64,000 bases of DNA from Candidatus Omnitrophota bacterium. GTDB lineage: Bacteria; Omnitrophota; Gorgyraeia; Zapsychrales; JANLHA01. Under the pieces are notes generated by a model. The model saw nothing but the letters and a program-made list of their open reading frames with translations. It searched no databases and had not been told where the DNA came from. Position numbers and translations under genes: made by a program. The stretch lies in contig JBBRHV010000002.1 of NCBI GenBank assembly GCA_038222225.1, forward strand, positions 12,484 through 76,483, read 5' to 3'. This document shows, piece after piece, positions 18,890 through 30,024 of this stretch (positions are counted from its first letter, which is position 1; every line of letters begins with the position of its first letter).

Positions 18890-19864
18890 TTAAAACTCCA
18901 TCCGCCGCTCAATTCCCAGCATATCCGAATCCCCGCCCATCCGTTCCTCTTTGCGCCGTTTAAGATATTTAAACTCCGTCACCCCAGCCTCATCGCTGTC
19001 TTGAAGCTTCTTAAGCGTCCACTCCACCGTATCTCCATTTTTCTGCACCAAAGGTTTGCGCACAAAAGAACGGATTTGTTCTGAAAAACGATCCATCTCA
19101 TTTAATTTGAGTTTTCCATCAATAACAAAAACGAACCCATCGGTCTGAGCGATCTGCGAATCAATCACGTAGATCTCCGGATAGATCCCGTCAATATTCA
19201 GACTCATACTATAATATTCCAGCTGTCCAATTTTTCCGTTGAATGAATGCAGTTCACCCTTGACCCGAATATTAGGAACTTCCCCACTCAAATACAGATT
19301 GCCTCCTATGGTCCCTTCAACATCAAGATTTTGAAACCCAAATAAGGGTAAAAAATCCTTCAGATTCAAATTGACCATCCCGATCTTCATGTTAACGGCA
19401 TACGGAGCAGTCGTTTTGAATTCTCCCGCTAAAATCATTCCGCCCAGAAAAGCCCGTTCGATCAACAGCACCCCGTTACCGTATGTCCCGTTGGCGCTCA
19501 TATCTTCAAACGGGAGATTATTAAGCAATGTATAATGGCTGGTCAGGCTCCATTTCAACTGACCGCTTGAAACATCCTGCTGTATCAGCGGATCCGCCAC
19601 AAGATCAAGAAATACCGACATGTCGAAAAATTTGCTATGCCATTTCTTGATATTAATCGTAGCGATATAACCGGAATCCTTGTTTTGCTGAACCTCAAAA
19701 TAAATCGGGTCCGCATTACCCGCCATCGGGATCTCACCGTACAAAGAATTTTTGTTGAAATCAAATTGGGCCTTAAACGGCACCTGCACCTGTTGCGCCC
19801 AGCTTACCGAAGGAAAACTGCAGGCTAAACATATTATCAGAAAGACTTTTTTGAACATAGACAT
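18890..19864 (-). CDS. Exported beta-rich protein, AsmA/TamB-like
   Basis: Signal peptide ending SWA; repeated beta-strand pattern (GTIGGNLYLSG, LNIDG, IDGKL); C-terminal ...RRMEF. Family assignment is inference. Confidence 0.5.
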   Translation of the reverse strand: MSMFKKVFLIICLACSFPSVSWAQQVQVPFKAQFDFNKNSLYGEIPMAGNADPIYFEVQQNKDSGYIATINIKKWHSKFFDMSVFLDLVADPLIQQDVSSGQLKWSLTSHYTLLNNLPFEDMSANGTYGNGVLLIERAFLGGMILAGEFKTTAPYAVNMKIGMVNLNLKDFLPLFGFQNLDVEGTIGGNLYLSGEVPNIRVKGELHSFNGKIGQLEYYSMSLNIDGIYPEIYVIDSQIAQTDGFVFVIDGKLKLNEMDRFSEQIRSFVRKPLVQKNGDTVEWTLKKLQDSDEAGVTEFKYLKRRKEERMGGDSDMLGIERRMEF

Positions 19865-19915
19865 CCTGAACAAAGCCTTCTATTGCGCATCACAAAGATT
19901 CTGTCTTTGCTCTGA

Positions 19916-22336
19916 TTATTCAAATTTTAAATGATCCCCGTCACGGACAACCTTGATCTTCCGTCCTGCCTCATGCCGTCCGGAAATGATTTCTTCGGCC
20001 AAAGAATCTTCAAGATAACGCTGAATGGTCCGCTTTAAAGGCCGCGCTCCGAAAACGGGATCAAATCCCTTTTCGATCAGCAACTCAAATGCCTCAGCCG
20101 TGAGTTCCATCTCAATGGCGCGATCTTTAAGACGATTCGCCACTCCCCGGATCTCAATCTCCACGATCTTTTTCAGATCTTCTCTGGTTAACGATTTAAA
20201 CACAATAATGTCGTCAATGCGATTTAAAAATTCCGGCTTAAAAACTTTTTTGACCTCCTCCAAAAGGCGGTCCCGCATCTCCTCATAACCGGCGTTTTCC
20301 GTCTGAGCCATAAAACCCAGCGATCCCCGGCTTCGAAGCATGTCTGCGCCGACATTAGACGTCATCAAAATAACCGTATTGCGGAAATCCACCTTACGGC
20401 CGAAGCTGTCGGTCAGACGCCCATCCTCAAGAACCTGCAGAAGAATATTGAACACATCCGGATGCGCCTTCTCGATCTCATCCAAAAGCACGACGGAATA
20501 CGGCTTACGGCGTACCTTCTCCGTCAGCTGACCGCCTTCTTCATAACCGACATATCCGGGCGGAGCACCGATCAATCGGGACACATTATATTTATCCATG
20601 TACTCGGACATATCTACTTGAATTAAAGCGTCTTCATCACCAAACATAAATTCAGCTAATGCACGGGCCAACAGCGTTTTTCCAACCCCAGTCGGTCCTA
20701 AAAAGACAAATGAACCGATCGGTCTTCGCGGATCCTTAATACCGGCCCTTGAGCGGCGCACGGCACGGGCAATCGCGCTGATCGCCTCCTTCTGACCAAT
20801 GACAGTATCCTGCATCTTTTCTTCCATCTTCAGGAGCCGGTCGCTCTCATTCTGTTCCAAACGCAACAACGGAATCTTGGTCCATTGCGAAACCACCCGG
20901 GCAATATCCTCTTCCCCGATGATCACCGAAATGTTGTCCCGCTCCTTGGCCCATTCCGCTCTGACCTTTTCAAGCTTTTCCCGCACTTCACGTTCTTCAT
21001 CACGCATACGGGCAGCCTTTTCAAAATTCTGGCTCTTAATATAGGCCTCTTTTTCCTGTTTCAACTGTTCAATGCGGCCTTCTAATTCTTTGATCCCCGG
21101 CGGGACTTCCATGGTTTTCAGCCGCGCTCTGGAACCGGCCTCATCAACAACATCCACCGCCTTATCCGGCAAAGCCCGGCCGGAAATATAACGTTCCGAA
21201 AGTTTAACCGCGGCTTCAATCGCCGCATCGGAAAATTTCACCCGGTGATGCGCCTCATATTTATCCCTCAAACCTTTTAAGATCAGAACCGCTTCCGCTT
21301 CAGAAGGCGGATCGACAATAATGGTCTGAAAACGACGTTCAAGGGCGGCATCCTTTTCGATATACTTACGGTACTCATCCATCGTCGTCGCCCCAACGCA
21401 CTGAATTTCTCCCCGGGCAAGCGCCGGTTTTAAAATATTGGCGGCATCAATCGCGCCTTCCGCAGCCCCGGCCCCAACCAACGTGTGAATTTCATCAACA
21501 AATAAGATAATCTTTCCTGAGCGTCTGATCTCATCCATAATGGCTTTAATGCGTTCTTCAAACTGCCCGCGGTATTTGGTTCCGGCAATCATCATCGCTA
21601 AATCCAAAACCACAATCGTTTTATTCCGCAAAAGTTCCGGCACATCACCGCTGACAATCAGCTGAGCCAAACCTTCGACAATAGCGGTTTTTCCAACGCC
21701 GGCCTCTCCCAGGAGAACCGGGTTGTTTTTCGTGCGGCGGCTCAAAATCTGAACGATCCGTTCGATTTCCTGCTGCCGGCCGATCACCGGATCCAGCTTT
21801 CCTTCACGGGCAAGCTGATTCAGATTGCGTCCATAAGCATCAATGGCCGGTGTCTTACCGGAAGTTTTTTCTTCCTCCTGCATTCCAAATCCCGCGACAC
21901 CGGAGCCCAAGATCTCCATGATCTCCGCGCGCAGACGGTCTAAATCCAACCCTAAATTTAAAAGAACCCGATAGGCCATGCCCTCGCCTTCCTTCACAAG
22001 GCCCAACAACAGGTGCTCCGTCCCAATGTAATTATGTCCGAGTGCGCGCGCCTCTTCTGCGGAAAGCTCTAAAGCCTTTTTGGAGCGCGGCGTAAAGGGG
22101 ATATCTCCCATGACCTGTGTTTGCGGACCAGGCTGCACCAACTTTTCCACTTCAATACGGATGGTCTCTAAATCAACCCCCAGCTTCTGCAAAACAGCCG
22201 CGGCCACCCCTTCGCCTTCCTTGACCAGGCCCAGAAGAAGATGCTCTGTCCCGATATAATCATGATTGAAACTCCGCGCCTCTTCCTTTGCGAAAATAAT
22301 GACTTTCCGTGCCCGTTCTGTGAATCGATTAAACAT
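19916..22336 (-). CDS. clpC: ATP-dependent Clp protease ATP-binding subunit ClpC
   Basis: Two Clp-N repeats ([12 protein letters not shown]), two AAA+ modules ([16 protein letters not shown]), UVR middle domain, GSLGF ClpP loop. Confidence 0.97.
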   Translation of the reverse strand: MFNRFTERARKVIIFAKEEARSFNHDYIGTEHLLLGLVKEGEGVAAAVLQKLGVDLETIRIEVEKLVQPGPQTQVMGDIPFTPRSKKALELSAEEARALGHNYIGTEHLLLGLVKEGEGMAYRVLLNLGLDLDRLRAEIMEILGSGVAGFGMQEEEKTSGKTPAIDAYGRNLNQLAREGKLDPVIGRQQEIERIVQILSRRTKNNPVLLGEAGVGKTAIVEGLAQLIVSGDVPELLRNKTIVVLDLAMMIAGTKYRGQFEERIKAIMDEIRRSGKIILFVDEIHTLVGAGAAEGAIDAANILKPALARGEIQCVGATTMDEYRKYIEKDAALERRFQTIIVDPPSEAEAVLILKGLRDKYEAHHRVKFSDAAIEAAVKLSERYISGRALPDKAVDVVDEAGSRARLKTMEVPPGIKELEGRIEQLKQEKEAYIKSQNFEKAARMRDEEREVREKLEKVRAEWAKERDNISVIIGEEDIARVVSQWTKIPLLRLEQNESDRLLKMEEKMQDTVIGQKEAISAIARAVRRSRAGIKDPRRPIGSFVFLGPTGVGKTLLARALAEFMFGDEDALIQVDMSEYMDKYNVSRLIGAPPGYVGYEEGGQLTEKVRRKPYSVVLLDEIEKAHPDVFNILLQVLEDGRLTDSFGRKVDFRNTVILMTSNVGADMLRSRGSLGFMAQTENAGYEEMRDRLLEEVKKVFKPEFLNRIDDIIVFKSLTREDLKKIVEIEIRGVANRLKDRAIEMELTAEAFELLIEKGFDPVFGARPLKRTIQRYLEDSLAEEIISGRHEAGRKIKVVRDGDHLKFE

Positions 22337-23392
22337 TTATACAACCTCCCCTAACTTTTTTCGGATTAAATTTGCCCGTTTTATATCGCGTGCCGCCGGA
22401 GACAACCGGTTACCGTCGATCTTCTGCAAATGAGCCGGCTGAATCATAATCATCAGCTCATTCAAGATCTGCACGTCTAAATTTGTCAAAATCTTCAATT
22501 CCGCCCCTAAACGGATCATCGACAACAACTCAACCGCTTCCTGGCTCGACATGATATAGGCGTTCTTTAAAATGCCCAACGAGCGAAAGATCTTATCTTC
22601 CAAGAGCGGTTTGTTCTGAACGACCAATGCCTGCCGGGCCTGCTCCTCCTGCTCAATCACCTGACGAATCAAACCATTGATATTCTGCAGGATATCCTCT
22701 TCACTGTGGCCAAGAGAGCCCTGATTAGAAATCTGATAGAAATTCCCGATGGCCTGAGTGCCTTCACCATAAAATCCGCGGGACGCAAAATTCAATTTTG
22801 AGATAGCCGTCAAAACCTTATTAATTTGCTTAGTCATGACCAAGGCCGGCAAATGCAGCATGACTGATCCGCGCATCGCCGTTCCGGTGTTAGTCGGGCA
22901 GGACGTTAAATATCCCCAGACCGGCGAGAACGCGAAATTCAATTCCTCTGAAAGCCGGTCGTCAATCGTACTGATGATTTTCCAGGCCTCAAAGAGGTTC
23001 AAACCGGAGTGCATGACTTGAATCCGCAAATGATCTTCTTCATTGACCATGACCGATAAGACCTCCTCAGCGGAAACAATGACCGCCTTCCCTTCCGAGG
23101 TAGCCGCATGCTCATGGCTCATCAAATGACGTTCCACCAAAAATTCCTTATCCACATCATCCAGATCGTTCATTCGAAAAACAGTTGAATCTTTAAAATA
23201 CTCTATCTTTGTTATGGCCTTTTCAACCGACTCTAAAATGTCCTGCCGTTGTTTTTTAGACGCACGGTTCGGAAACGGGGTCTGGGCAAAATTGCGCGCC
23301 AAACGCACACGCGTTGACATGACGGTGCCTGATGAAGGCCCGGAACCTTTTAACCACTCTCCTGTATGAGAAATCAGATCTTTGAGTTCCAT
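22337..23392 (-). CDS. mcsB: Protein-arginine kinase McsB
   Basis: STRVRLARN, NEEDHLRIQ, CPTNTGT, RGFYGEG; located between mcsA and clpC. Confidence 0.95.
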   Translation of the reverse strand: MELKDLISHTGEWLKGSGPSSGTVMSTRVRLARNFAQTPFPNRASKKQRQDILESVEKAITKIEYFKDSTVFRMNDLDDVDKEFLVERHLMSHEHAATSEGKAVIVSAEEVLSVMVNEEDHLRIQVMHSGLNLFEAWKIISTIDDRLSEELNFAFSPVWGYLTSCPTNTGTAMRGSVMLHLPALVMTKQINKVLTAISKLNFASRGFYGEGTQAIGNFYQISNQGSLGHSEEDILQNINGLIRQVIEQEEQARQALVVQNKPLLEDKIFRSLGILKNAYIMSSQEAVELLSMIRLGAELKILTNLDVQILNELMIMIQPAHLQKIDGNRLSPAARDIKRANLIRKKLGEVV

Positions 23393-23399
23393 GTCTGCC

Positions 23400-23915
23400 T
23401 TACCCTCCCTGTTCCATAGCGCGAATGCGATCGCGCAATTCCGCAGCACGCTCATAATCCTCACACAAAACAGCCTGTTGCAATTGTTTCTTCAGGGCAT
23501 CTGCGTCACTGCTCACAGGCTGCGCGCTCTCCACCGGGGCCGCCAGAACCTTCGGAGCCTTTCCGGAATGGTTGTTCGCCCCATGAATTTTTTTCAATAA
23601 AGATGTCAATTTGCCACGAAAATGCGAATAACACTCACTGCAGCCCAGGCGGCCATGCTTTTTAAAATCCGCATAGGTCATTCCGCAGTTGGCACAGCTT
23701 TCCACCTTGGTCTGTGTTTCCGAATTGACCGCCGCTGACGTCTTGGTGAAATCCGATAATCCAGCCAATAAATCCGCCAGGCCGAACTGCTGTTCCATCT
23801 GAACGCTCTTCTCTTTGGCGCACTCTTCACATAAATGCAACTCGGAAATCTGCCCATCGACCAATTCGGTTAAATGAACCGTCGCCTTCTTTTTTCCACA
23901 TTCATCGCATCGCAT
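23400..23915 (-). CDS. mcsA: McsB activator McsA
   Basis: Four CxxC motifs plus a C-terminal UVR motif (EDYERAAELRDRI). Confidence 0.94.
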   Translation of the reverse strand: MRCDECGKKKATVHLTELVDGQISELHLCEECAKEKSVQMEQQFGLADLLAGLSDFTKTSAAVNSETQTKVESCANCGMTYADFKKHGRLGCSECYSHFRGKLTSLLKKIHGANNHSGKAPKVLAAPVESAQPVSSDADALKKQLQQAVLCEDYERAAELRDRIRAMEQGG

Positions 23916-23950
23916 ACCAGTCTTCTCCTTCTAACAATCAAACTTCTATT

Positions 23951-24814
23951 TTAATAACGCACACCGTCGGTTCGGGTTGCCTCTTTAAAAAGACCCAACA
24001 TTTTTTTCGTCACCAAGCCGGGCTTGCCGGACCCGATCACCCGTCCGTCAACTTTGACCACCGGAATGATCTCCGCCGCTGTTCCGGTCAAAAAACATTC
24101 CTCCGCGTTATAAACTTCATGGCGGGTGAACGGTCCTTCAAACACGCTCAATCCACAAGCGCCGGCCATCTCCAACACCACATCCCGCGTGATGCCTTTC
24201 AGCCGTCCGCGTGACGGCGTAGAAAGCACCTCGTTCTTCACAATGAAAATATTATCTCCCGTGCACTCCGCCACATAGCCACTTCCATCCAGCATGATGG
24301 CTTCACAAAAACCGGAATTACTGGCTTCTATTTTTGCCAAGATATTATTCAGGTAATTCAATGACTTGAGCTGCGGATTCAGCGCCTCCGGATGATTACG
24401 CACAGTCGGAACCGTGATAATGGCCATTCCATTTTCATAAAGATCCTTCGGGTACAGCGTGATCTTATCCGCAATAACGATGATTGATGGTCTGCCAAAA
24501 CATTTTTTTGGATCAAGACCCAAATCACCTTCACCCCGGGTCACGACCAAACGGATATAAGCGTCACGCAACTTGTTTTCTTTGAGCGTGTCCACCACCG
24601 TCTGAACCATTTGCTCACGCGTTAAAGGAATCTCCATCATCAACGTATGGGCGGTCTCGTATAAACGGTCAATATGCTCTTTCAGACGAAAGACCAAACC
24701 ATCATAGGAACGGATGCCCTCAAAGACCCCGTCCCCATAAAGCAATCCATGGTCAAATACAGACACCTTTGCATCTTCTTTTGCGACAAATTTTCCGTTC
24801 AAATAAATTTTCAT
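23951..24814 (-). CDS. ilvE: Branched-chain amino acid aminotransferase
   Basis: DHGLLYGDGVFEG, KSLNY, ECTGDNIF, LKGITR, GTAAEI. Confidence 0.95.
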   Translation of the reverse strand: MKIYLNGKFVAKEDAKVSVFDHGLLYGDGVFEGIRSYDGLVFRLKEHIDRLYETAHTLMMEIPLTREQMVQTVVDTLKENKLRDAYIRLVVTRGEGDLGLDPKKCFGRPSIIVIADKITLYPKDLYENGMAIITVPTVRNHPEALNPQLKSLNYLNNILAKIEASNSGFCEAIMLDGSGYVAECTGDNIFIVKNEVLSTPSRGRLKGITRDVVLEMAGACGLSVFEGPFTRHEVYNAEECFLTGTAAEIIPVVKVDGRVIGSGKPGLVTKKMLGLFKEATRTDGVRY

Positions 24815-25548
24815 ATTGCCCTCACCTTTTCCAAAGAGTTGTTTTCATGAGTTGCAACCATCGTTCCATCTTTCAAATAAATAATACGCTGCGCTTGAAC
24901 CGCAATCTTCTCATCATGCGTCACCATGACCAGCGTCTGTCCCTGAGAACGATTCAGCTGCATCAAAAGTTTAATGATCTCTTCCCCGCTCTGTGAGTCA
25001 AGATTGCCGGTCGGCTCATCACAAAATAAAATATCCGGCTGATTCATCAACGCCCGGGCAATCGCCACCCGCTGCTGTTCACCGCCGGAGAGTTCGCTGG
25101 GCCGATGATGGGCCCGCGGGCTTAAACCGACGTCTTTTAGGATCGTCAAACCCTGTTCCTTCAGAGCACGGGTCATCCCGCATTTCTGTTTGATCATGGC
25201 CGGTAAAACCACGTTCTCCAGCGCCGTAAATTCCGGCAACAAATGATAGAACTGAAAAATAAAACCGATGCGCTCGTTGCGAAACTGCGAACGCTTGCTC
25301 TCTTTCATCCGATAGAGATCTTCCCCGAAAAACAATACCCGCCCGCGGCTGGGCGCATCCAGTCCGCCCAAAATATGCAGCAACGTCGACTTGCCCGCTC
25401 CCGAAGGACCGACAATGGCAACCACATCTTTCGGATCAATCCGAAGCGTAACGCCTTTAAGAACATGAACTTCTTTTGCCGTATGCGTATAAATTTTATG
25501 GAGTTCTTCTGCCTGAAGCATAACCACCGATTTTGTATTTTTATTCAT
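24811..25548 (-). CDS. lolD: Lipoprotein-releasing ABC transporter ATP-binding protein
   Basis: GPSGAGKST, GFIFQFYHLLPEFTALENV, LSGGEQQR, DEPTGNLD. Confidence 0.92.
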   Translation of the reverse strand: MNKNTKSVVMLQAEELHKIYTHTAKEVHVLKGVTLRIDPKDVVAIVGPSGAGKSTLLHILGGLDAPSRGRVLFFGEDLYRMKESKRSQFRNERIGFIFQFYHLLPEFTALENVVLPAMIKQKCGMTRALKEQGLTILKDVGLSPRAHHRPSELSGGEQQRVAIARALMNQPDILFCDEPTGNLDSQSGEEIIKLLMQLNRSQGQTLVMVTHDEKIAVQAQRIIYLKDGTMVATHENNSLEKVRAI

Positions 25549-26737
25549 AGCGTAACGCGTCCACGGTTTCCAGACTGGCCGCCTTCCAGGACGGATAAAT
25601 CGTCGCCAAAAATGTGATCACCAACGCGGAAACAATAATGATCATGATATCCCCAAACTGCAGATCAACCGGCACATGTTCGATCGCGTAAATTTCTACC
25701 GGAACTTTGATATAGTGCGACAGAATGTAACTGACGCCAACCCCGCCCATCACTCCCAAGATCGTTCCAAAAAACCCGATCAAAATACCTTGTTTAGTAA
25801 AAATACGTCGAATGGAGGCGCGCGTCGCCCCGAACGAACGCAAGATTCCGATGTCATGCACTTTCGAGGTTACTGTCACGATCAACGTGCTGACAATATT
25901 AAACGACGCCACCAAAACCATAAATGACAAAATCAAAAAAAGGCCCCATTTTTCAAGCTTGAGCGCCTGAAAAAGATTGCGGTTCACATCAATCCAGCTT
26001 TTGGCCATAAACGAGAACCCGACCTTTTCATAAATCCGCCGCTTGACTTCTTCAACTGTGTAAGGGTCATCCACCTTCACGCCGATGCCGCTGACTGCAC
26101 CCTGAAAATCAAAAATCTCCTGAGCCTTTACCAGATTCACCAGAATTAAATTCATATCCAGATCAACCATGCCACTTTTGAAAATACCGACAATTTTGAG
26201 CTGATAGCGCCATCCCCGGCCTTCAATCCCGGATCCCGGAGCAATCACAGTAACCACATCCCCCAGGCCATAGCCAAAATATCTTGCCAGTTCATCGCCG
26301 ATAATCACTCCGTCTTCCGTCAGACTTGAAAGCTCGCCTTTGATGAGGTACTCCTGGATCTTTGTGATGGAGCCTTCCGTCTGCGGATCCACTCCCCGAA
26401 TGAGCTCACCGATCGCCCGTCCGTTTCCGGTCTCTAGAAAAATATTGCCTTGAATAAACGGAGAGGTCGCCACCACGCCTTCCACAGATCCAACCTGTTC
26501 CTGCACCGCTTGATAATCACGGACCCCGACTTCTTTTTCCAAAACAATATGCGGCGTGGTTCCAATGATTTTTTCGCGCAGATTATTACCGAAGCCGGTC
26601 ATGATCCCCATGACAACGATCAAGGCCATCACTCCGATCGCCACTCCGCCGATCGAAACAATGTTCAAAAAGGACATGAAGTGTCCGCGGCATGTTGTCA
26701 AATAACGAAGACTGATAAAATTTTCAAACTGCGACAT
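25541..26737 (-). CDS. lolC: Lipoprotein-releasing ABC transporter permease LolC/E
   Basis: GVAIGVMALIVV, VASFNIVSTL, DIGILRSFGA, ATIYPSWKA...ALRYE. Confidence 0.9.
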   Translation of the reverse strand: MSQFENFISLRYLTTCRGHFMSFLNIVSIGGVAIGVMALIVVMGIMTGFGNNLREKIIGTTPHIVLEKEVGVRDYQAVQEQVGSVEGVVATSPFIQGNIFLETGNGRAIGELIRGVDPQTEGSITKIQEYLIKGELSSLTEDGVIIGDELARYFGYGLGDVVTVIAPGSGIEGRGWRYQLKIVGIFKSGMVDLDMNLILVNLVKAQEIFDFQGAVSGIGVKVDDPYTVEEVKRRIYEKVGFSFMAKSWIDVNRNLFQALKLEKWGLFLILSFMVLVASFNIVSTLIVTVTSKVHDIGILRSFGATRASIRRIFTKQGILIGFFGTILGVMGGVGVSYILSHYIKVPVEIYAIEHVPVDLQFGDIMIIIVSALVITFLATIYPSWKAASLETVDALRYE

Positions 26738-28214
26738 GTTGTTCCTTTACGTCGCCTTCGGCCACCTCTTCCGCCTGCGGCTTTAACAGCGGAAATAAGA
26801 TCACATCACGGATCGAAGGAGAATCGGTGAGCAGCATGACGATCCGATCGATCCCAATTCCAAGACCGCCAGCCGGAGGCATGCCGTATTCTAACGCGGT
26901 TATAAAATCATCATCAATGCTGCGCAGTCCTGTTTCAACATCATCCTTAAGATCCTCCAGCAGCCGCGCCTTTTGCTCCCGCGGATCGTTCAACTCTGAA
27001 TACGCATTGCCGATTTCCATCCCGGCCACAAAACACTCAAAGCGTTCTGAAAGCGCCGGCTGATCTTTTCTGACTTTGGCCAGCGGGCAAAGAAACGTAA
27101 AATAATCCGTAAAGAAAACCGGATTCATGGTTTTATCCTCTTCGAGAATGTCTTCCGCGATTTTCATGACCGCCGACCGCGTCAGCAGGTCAACCTTGAC
27201 TTTGGCACCCTTGATCTTTTTGACCTTTTCAAGCATCACCTCTGCCGTGTCCTCAGGGTCGATATCAAATTTTTCCTTAACAATGCCCGCAAAACTCCGA
27301 CGCTCCCAAGGAGTCGTAAAATCGATCTCTCCGCCTTGATAAGGAACCTTGTAGGAACCATACAGTTCATAGGCGGCCCCGCTGATCAGGTTTTCCATCA
27401 AATCCATCATATCTTCGAAATTACCGTAGGCCTGATACGCCTCCAGCATGGTAAACTCCGGATTATGACGGGTTGAAATTCCTTCATTGCGGAAATTGCG
27501 GTTGATCTCATAGACCCGTTCAAAACCCCCGACCAACAAACGCTTCAGATAAAGTTCAGGCGCAATTCTTAAATAGACATCCATATCATACGTGTTGTGT
27601 TTACTTTTAAACGGTCTGCCGCGGGCGCCTCCGGCCATGGGCTGAAGCATCGGGGTTTCGACCTCCAAAAATTTGCGTTCATCTAAATACCGACGGATAA
27701 ATGAAATAATGTGGCTGCGTTTCAAAAAAATGTCCCGAACCTCTGTATTGGCAATCAAATCCACATACCGTTGCCGGTAACGGATCTCCACATCTTTAAG
27801 CCCATGCCATTTTTCAGGCAGGCACATCAGGGATTTACTTAAGACCGTTATTTCTTTAACCCGAATGCTCTGCTCCCCCATTTTCGTTACAAAAAGTTCC
27901 CCTACAGCACCGATAATATCTCCAATATCCAGAAGCTGGATCTGTTCAAAAACGCCTTCTGCCAGATTATCTTTACGGACAAACACCTGGACTTTTCCGG
28001 TCATGTCCCTTAGATCCATAAACATAACTTTTCCATGCTTGCGGTTTGCCATGATGCGGCCGGCAACTTTGACCTCACGGCCTTCTTGAAACGGCTCAAG
28101 AACCTCACTGACCGCCTCAATATGCTCAAAACGATTACCATAAGGGTTAATCCCTTGCTGGATCAAAGAGTCTAATTTTTCTTCTCTAACTTGCCGTATT
28201 TCATCTATTTCCAT
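26724..28214 (-). CDS. lysS: Lysine--tRNA ligase (class II)
   Basis: LPEKWHGL, RYRQRY, LRIAPELYLKRL, HNPEFT, GMPPAGGLGIGIDR. Confidence 0.98.
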   Translation of the reverse strand: MEIDEIRQVREEKLDSLIQQGINPYGNRFEHIEAVSEVLEPFQEGREVKVAGRIMANRKHGKVMFMDLRDMTGKVQVFVRKDNLAEGVFEQIQLLDIGDIIGAVGELFVTKMGEQSIRVKEITVLSKSLMCLPEKWHGLKDVEIRYRQRYVDLIANTEVRDIFLKRSHIISFIRRYLDERKFLEVETPMLQPMAGGARGRPFKSKHNTYDMDVYLRIAPELYLKRLLVGGFERVYEINRNFRNEGISTRHNPEFTMLEAYQAYGNFEDMMDLMENLISGAAYELYGSYKVPYQGGEIDFTTPWERRSFAGIVKEKFDIDPEDTAEVMLEKVKKIKGAKVKVDLLTRSAVMKIAEDILEEDKTMNPVFFTDYFTFLCPLAKVRKDQPALSERFECFVAGMEIGNAYSELNDPREQKARLLEDLKDDVETGLRSIDDDFITALEYGMPPAGGLGIGIDRIVMLLTDSPSIRDVILFPLLKPQAEEVAEGDVKEQHVAV

Positions 28215-28282
28215 AAAATTGACCTTCCGTATATACTAAATTGATTATAAAAATAGTAATTTTATCTTATTTTAATATTAGG

Positions 28283-28311
28283 ATTATATAGAAAAAGATG
28301 GGGTGTGTCAA
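28283..28311 (-). promoter_or_regulatory. Consensus sigma70 promoter for the lysS operon
   Basis: Perfect TTGACA-17nt-TATAAT on the minus strand. Confidence 0.85.
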
Positions 28312-28375
28312 TCAAAAGCAATGGTCTGAATGATGCTTAAAAACTGCCTTGCAAAGGAGCGTAAGTTATTATTTT

Positions 28376-29197
28376 CTAATTAGATACGACACAAATGCCA
28401 GCCAGGTCGGCAAGCCGGAGAGTTTTTTCATAATCCAGGACTAATGTCCGCTCAGCTTCAATCGCCAAGCACTTACAATTCGACTTTTTCATCGATCGAA
28501 TTGTCTTTGGTCCAACCACAGGCACATCAAAACGCGCATCCTGCTGCGGCTTACTTGCCTTGATCACAACAGCCCCTTGATGCGCAATCCGGCCGCCTCT
28601 GATGATGCAGCGATCCGTTCCCTCCATGGCCTCGATCGCAACAATCGCTTTCGATTTGATCACAACGGTCTGTCCGACATCCAGGCCACCCATCGCCTTT
28701 GCGATCGTTCGCCCAAATTCGATATCTGCCAATTCGCCTTCCGTTGGGCCGCGCTTGGTCAAGGTTCCGCGTGGCGCCAAAAACTGCTTGAGCAAAAAAG
28801 TCGAATCCAAAACTTCTAATCCAGCCTTGGTCAGAATATCCGTCACGGCTGAAAAAATCGTGTCTGCCTTTCGGTCCTCCAAAGCAGAAAGAAATTTCTG
28901 AAGCTCAAGATCGGACTTCATTCGAGCATCAAACAAGGTCCGCTGACTGATTTGACCGGCCATGATGACCTGCGTGACCCCCTTGGCCTTAAAATAATCA
29001 AACCCACTGCGAACATCACTCACGCCGATCCATGCAAGGCCATCAACACAAAAATGCAATAGCGGAGATGCGTTTCCCTTGATCGCCAAAACAAAGACCC
29101 GGAATCCTTGCCGACGGGCCGCCAGCGCAAAAAGGATCGGAAAACGCCCATTGCCCGCGATAAGCCCTATAGACTGCTTCTGTTGAACCATAATCAT
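28376..29197 (-). CDS. lpxI: UDP-2,3-diacylglucosamine diphosphatase LpxI
   Basis: IGLIAGNGRFP, LDVGQTVV, AIEAMEGTD, QDARFDVPVVG; follows lpxA. Confidence 0.93.
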   Translation of the reverse strand: MIMVQQKQSIGLIAGNGRFPILFALAARRQGFRVFVLAIKGNASPLLHFCVDGLAWIGVSDVRSGFDYFKAKGVTQVIMAGQISQRTLFDARMKSDLELQKFLSALEDRKADTIFSAVTDILTKAGLEVLDSTFLLKQFLAPRGTLTKRGPTEGELADIEFGRTIAKAMGGLDVGQTVVIKSKAIVAIEAMEGTDRCIIRGGRIAHQGAVVIKASKPQQDARFDVPVVGPKTIRSMKKSNCKCLAIEAERTLVLDYEKTLRLADLAGICVVSN

Positions 29198-29198
29198 C

Positions 29199-29999
29199 TT
29201 ATGTTGTTTGTATGCCCGGAAGAAGGCCGCGTTCGCTGTTTTCAACAAATTGGATCAAATGCTGAAGCTCCGGACACATTGTGAGTTCCGATTGAATTTT
29301 CTCAAGCGCATGGGATTTGGAAAGCCCCGAACGAAATAAATATTTAAAAGCCGCCTTCAGCGTATGCTGTGCGTCTTTGGCGATGCCGGCTCGACGCAGA
29401 CCGATCAGATTCAGCCCATACACCCTTGCCTCGGCGTCTGCGCACATCGCAAAGGGCGGCGCATCCTGGGTTACCCGGCTGCACCCGCCGATCATGGCTA
29501 AGCGCCCAATCCGGACAAACTGATGAATGCCGGTCAGCCCGCCGATAATGGCATTGTCTTCAATGGTCACATGGCCGGCCAATGTCGCGAGATTCGCAAA
29601 AACGCAATTATTCCCGACGACACAATCATGCGCCACGTGGGAATAGGCCATGAAAAGATTTCCGTCCCCCACGGTCGTCTTTCCGCCGCCATCCACGGTC
29701 CCCGGATTCATAGTGACATATTCCCGGATAATATTTTTCTTGCCGATCTCTAAAAAAACCTCGTCGCCTTTATTGAATTTCTTGTCCTGAGGAATCGTGC
29801 CGATGACGGCCCCCGGAAAAATCTGTGTCTCCGCTCCGATGCGAGTCCTTCCTTCCAGATGGCAATGACTGGAAATCTTAACGCCTTCTTCTAAAATAAC
29901 ATGCGCGCCAATGACCGAAAAGGGGCCGATCTCGACATTCTCTGCAACGGTCGCCCCGGAATCAATAATCGCTGTCGGATGAATTTGTTTTTCGCTCAT
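29199..29999 (-). CDS. lpxA: UDP-N-acetylglucosamine O-acyltransferase
   Basis: IHPTAII, PQDKKF, HVAHDC, LAGHV, HQFVRIG, GLNLIGLRR. Confidence 0.97.
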   Translation of the reverse strand: MSEKQIHPTAIIDSGATVAENVEIGPFSVIGAHVILEEGVKISSHCHLEGRTRIGAETQIFPGAVIGTIPQDKKFNKGDEVFLEIGKKNIIREYVTMNPGTVDGGGKTTVGDGNLFMAYSHVAHDCVVGNNCVFANLATLAGHVTIEDNAIIGGLTGIHQFVRIGRLAMIGGCSRVTQDAPPFAMCADAEARVYGLNLIGLRRAGIAKDAQHTLKAAFKYLFRSGLSKSHALEKIQSELTMCPELQHLIQFVENSERGLLPGIQTT

Positions 30000-30024
30000 A
30001 CAAACGTCCTTCGCCGTCGTTACA

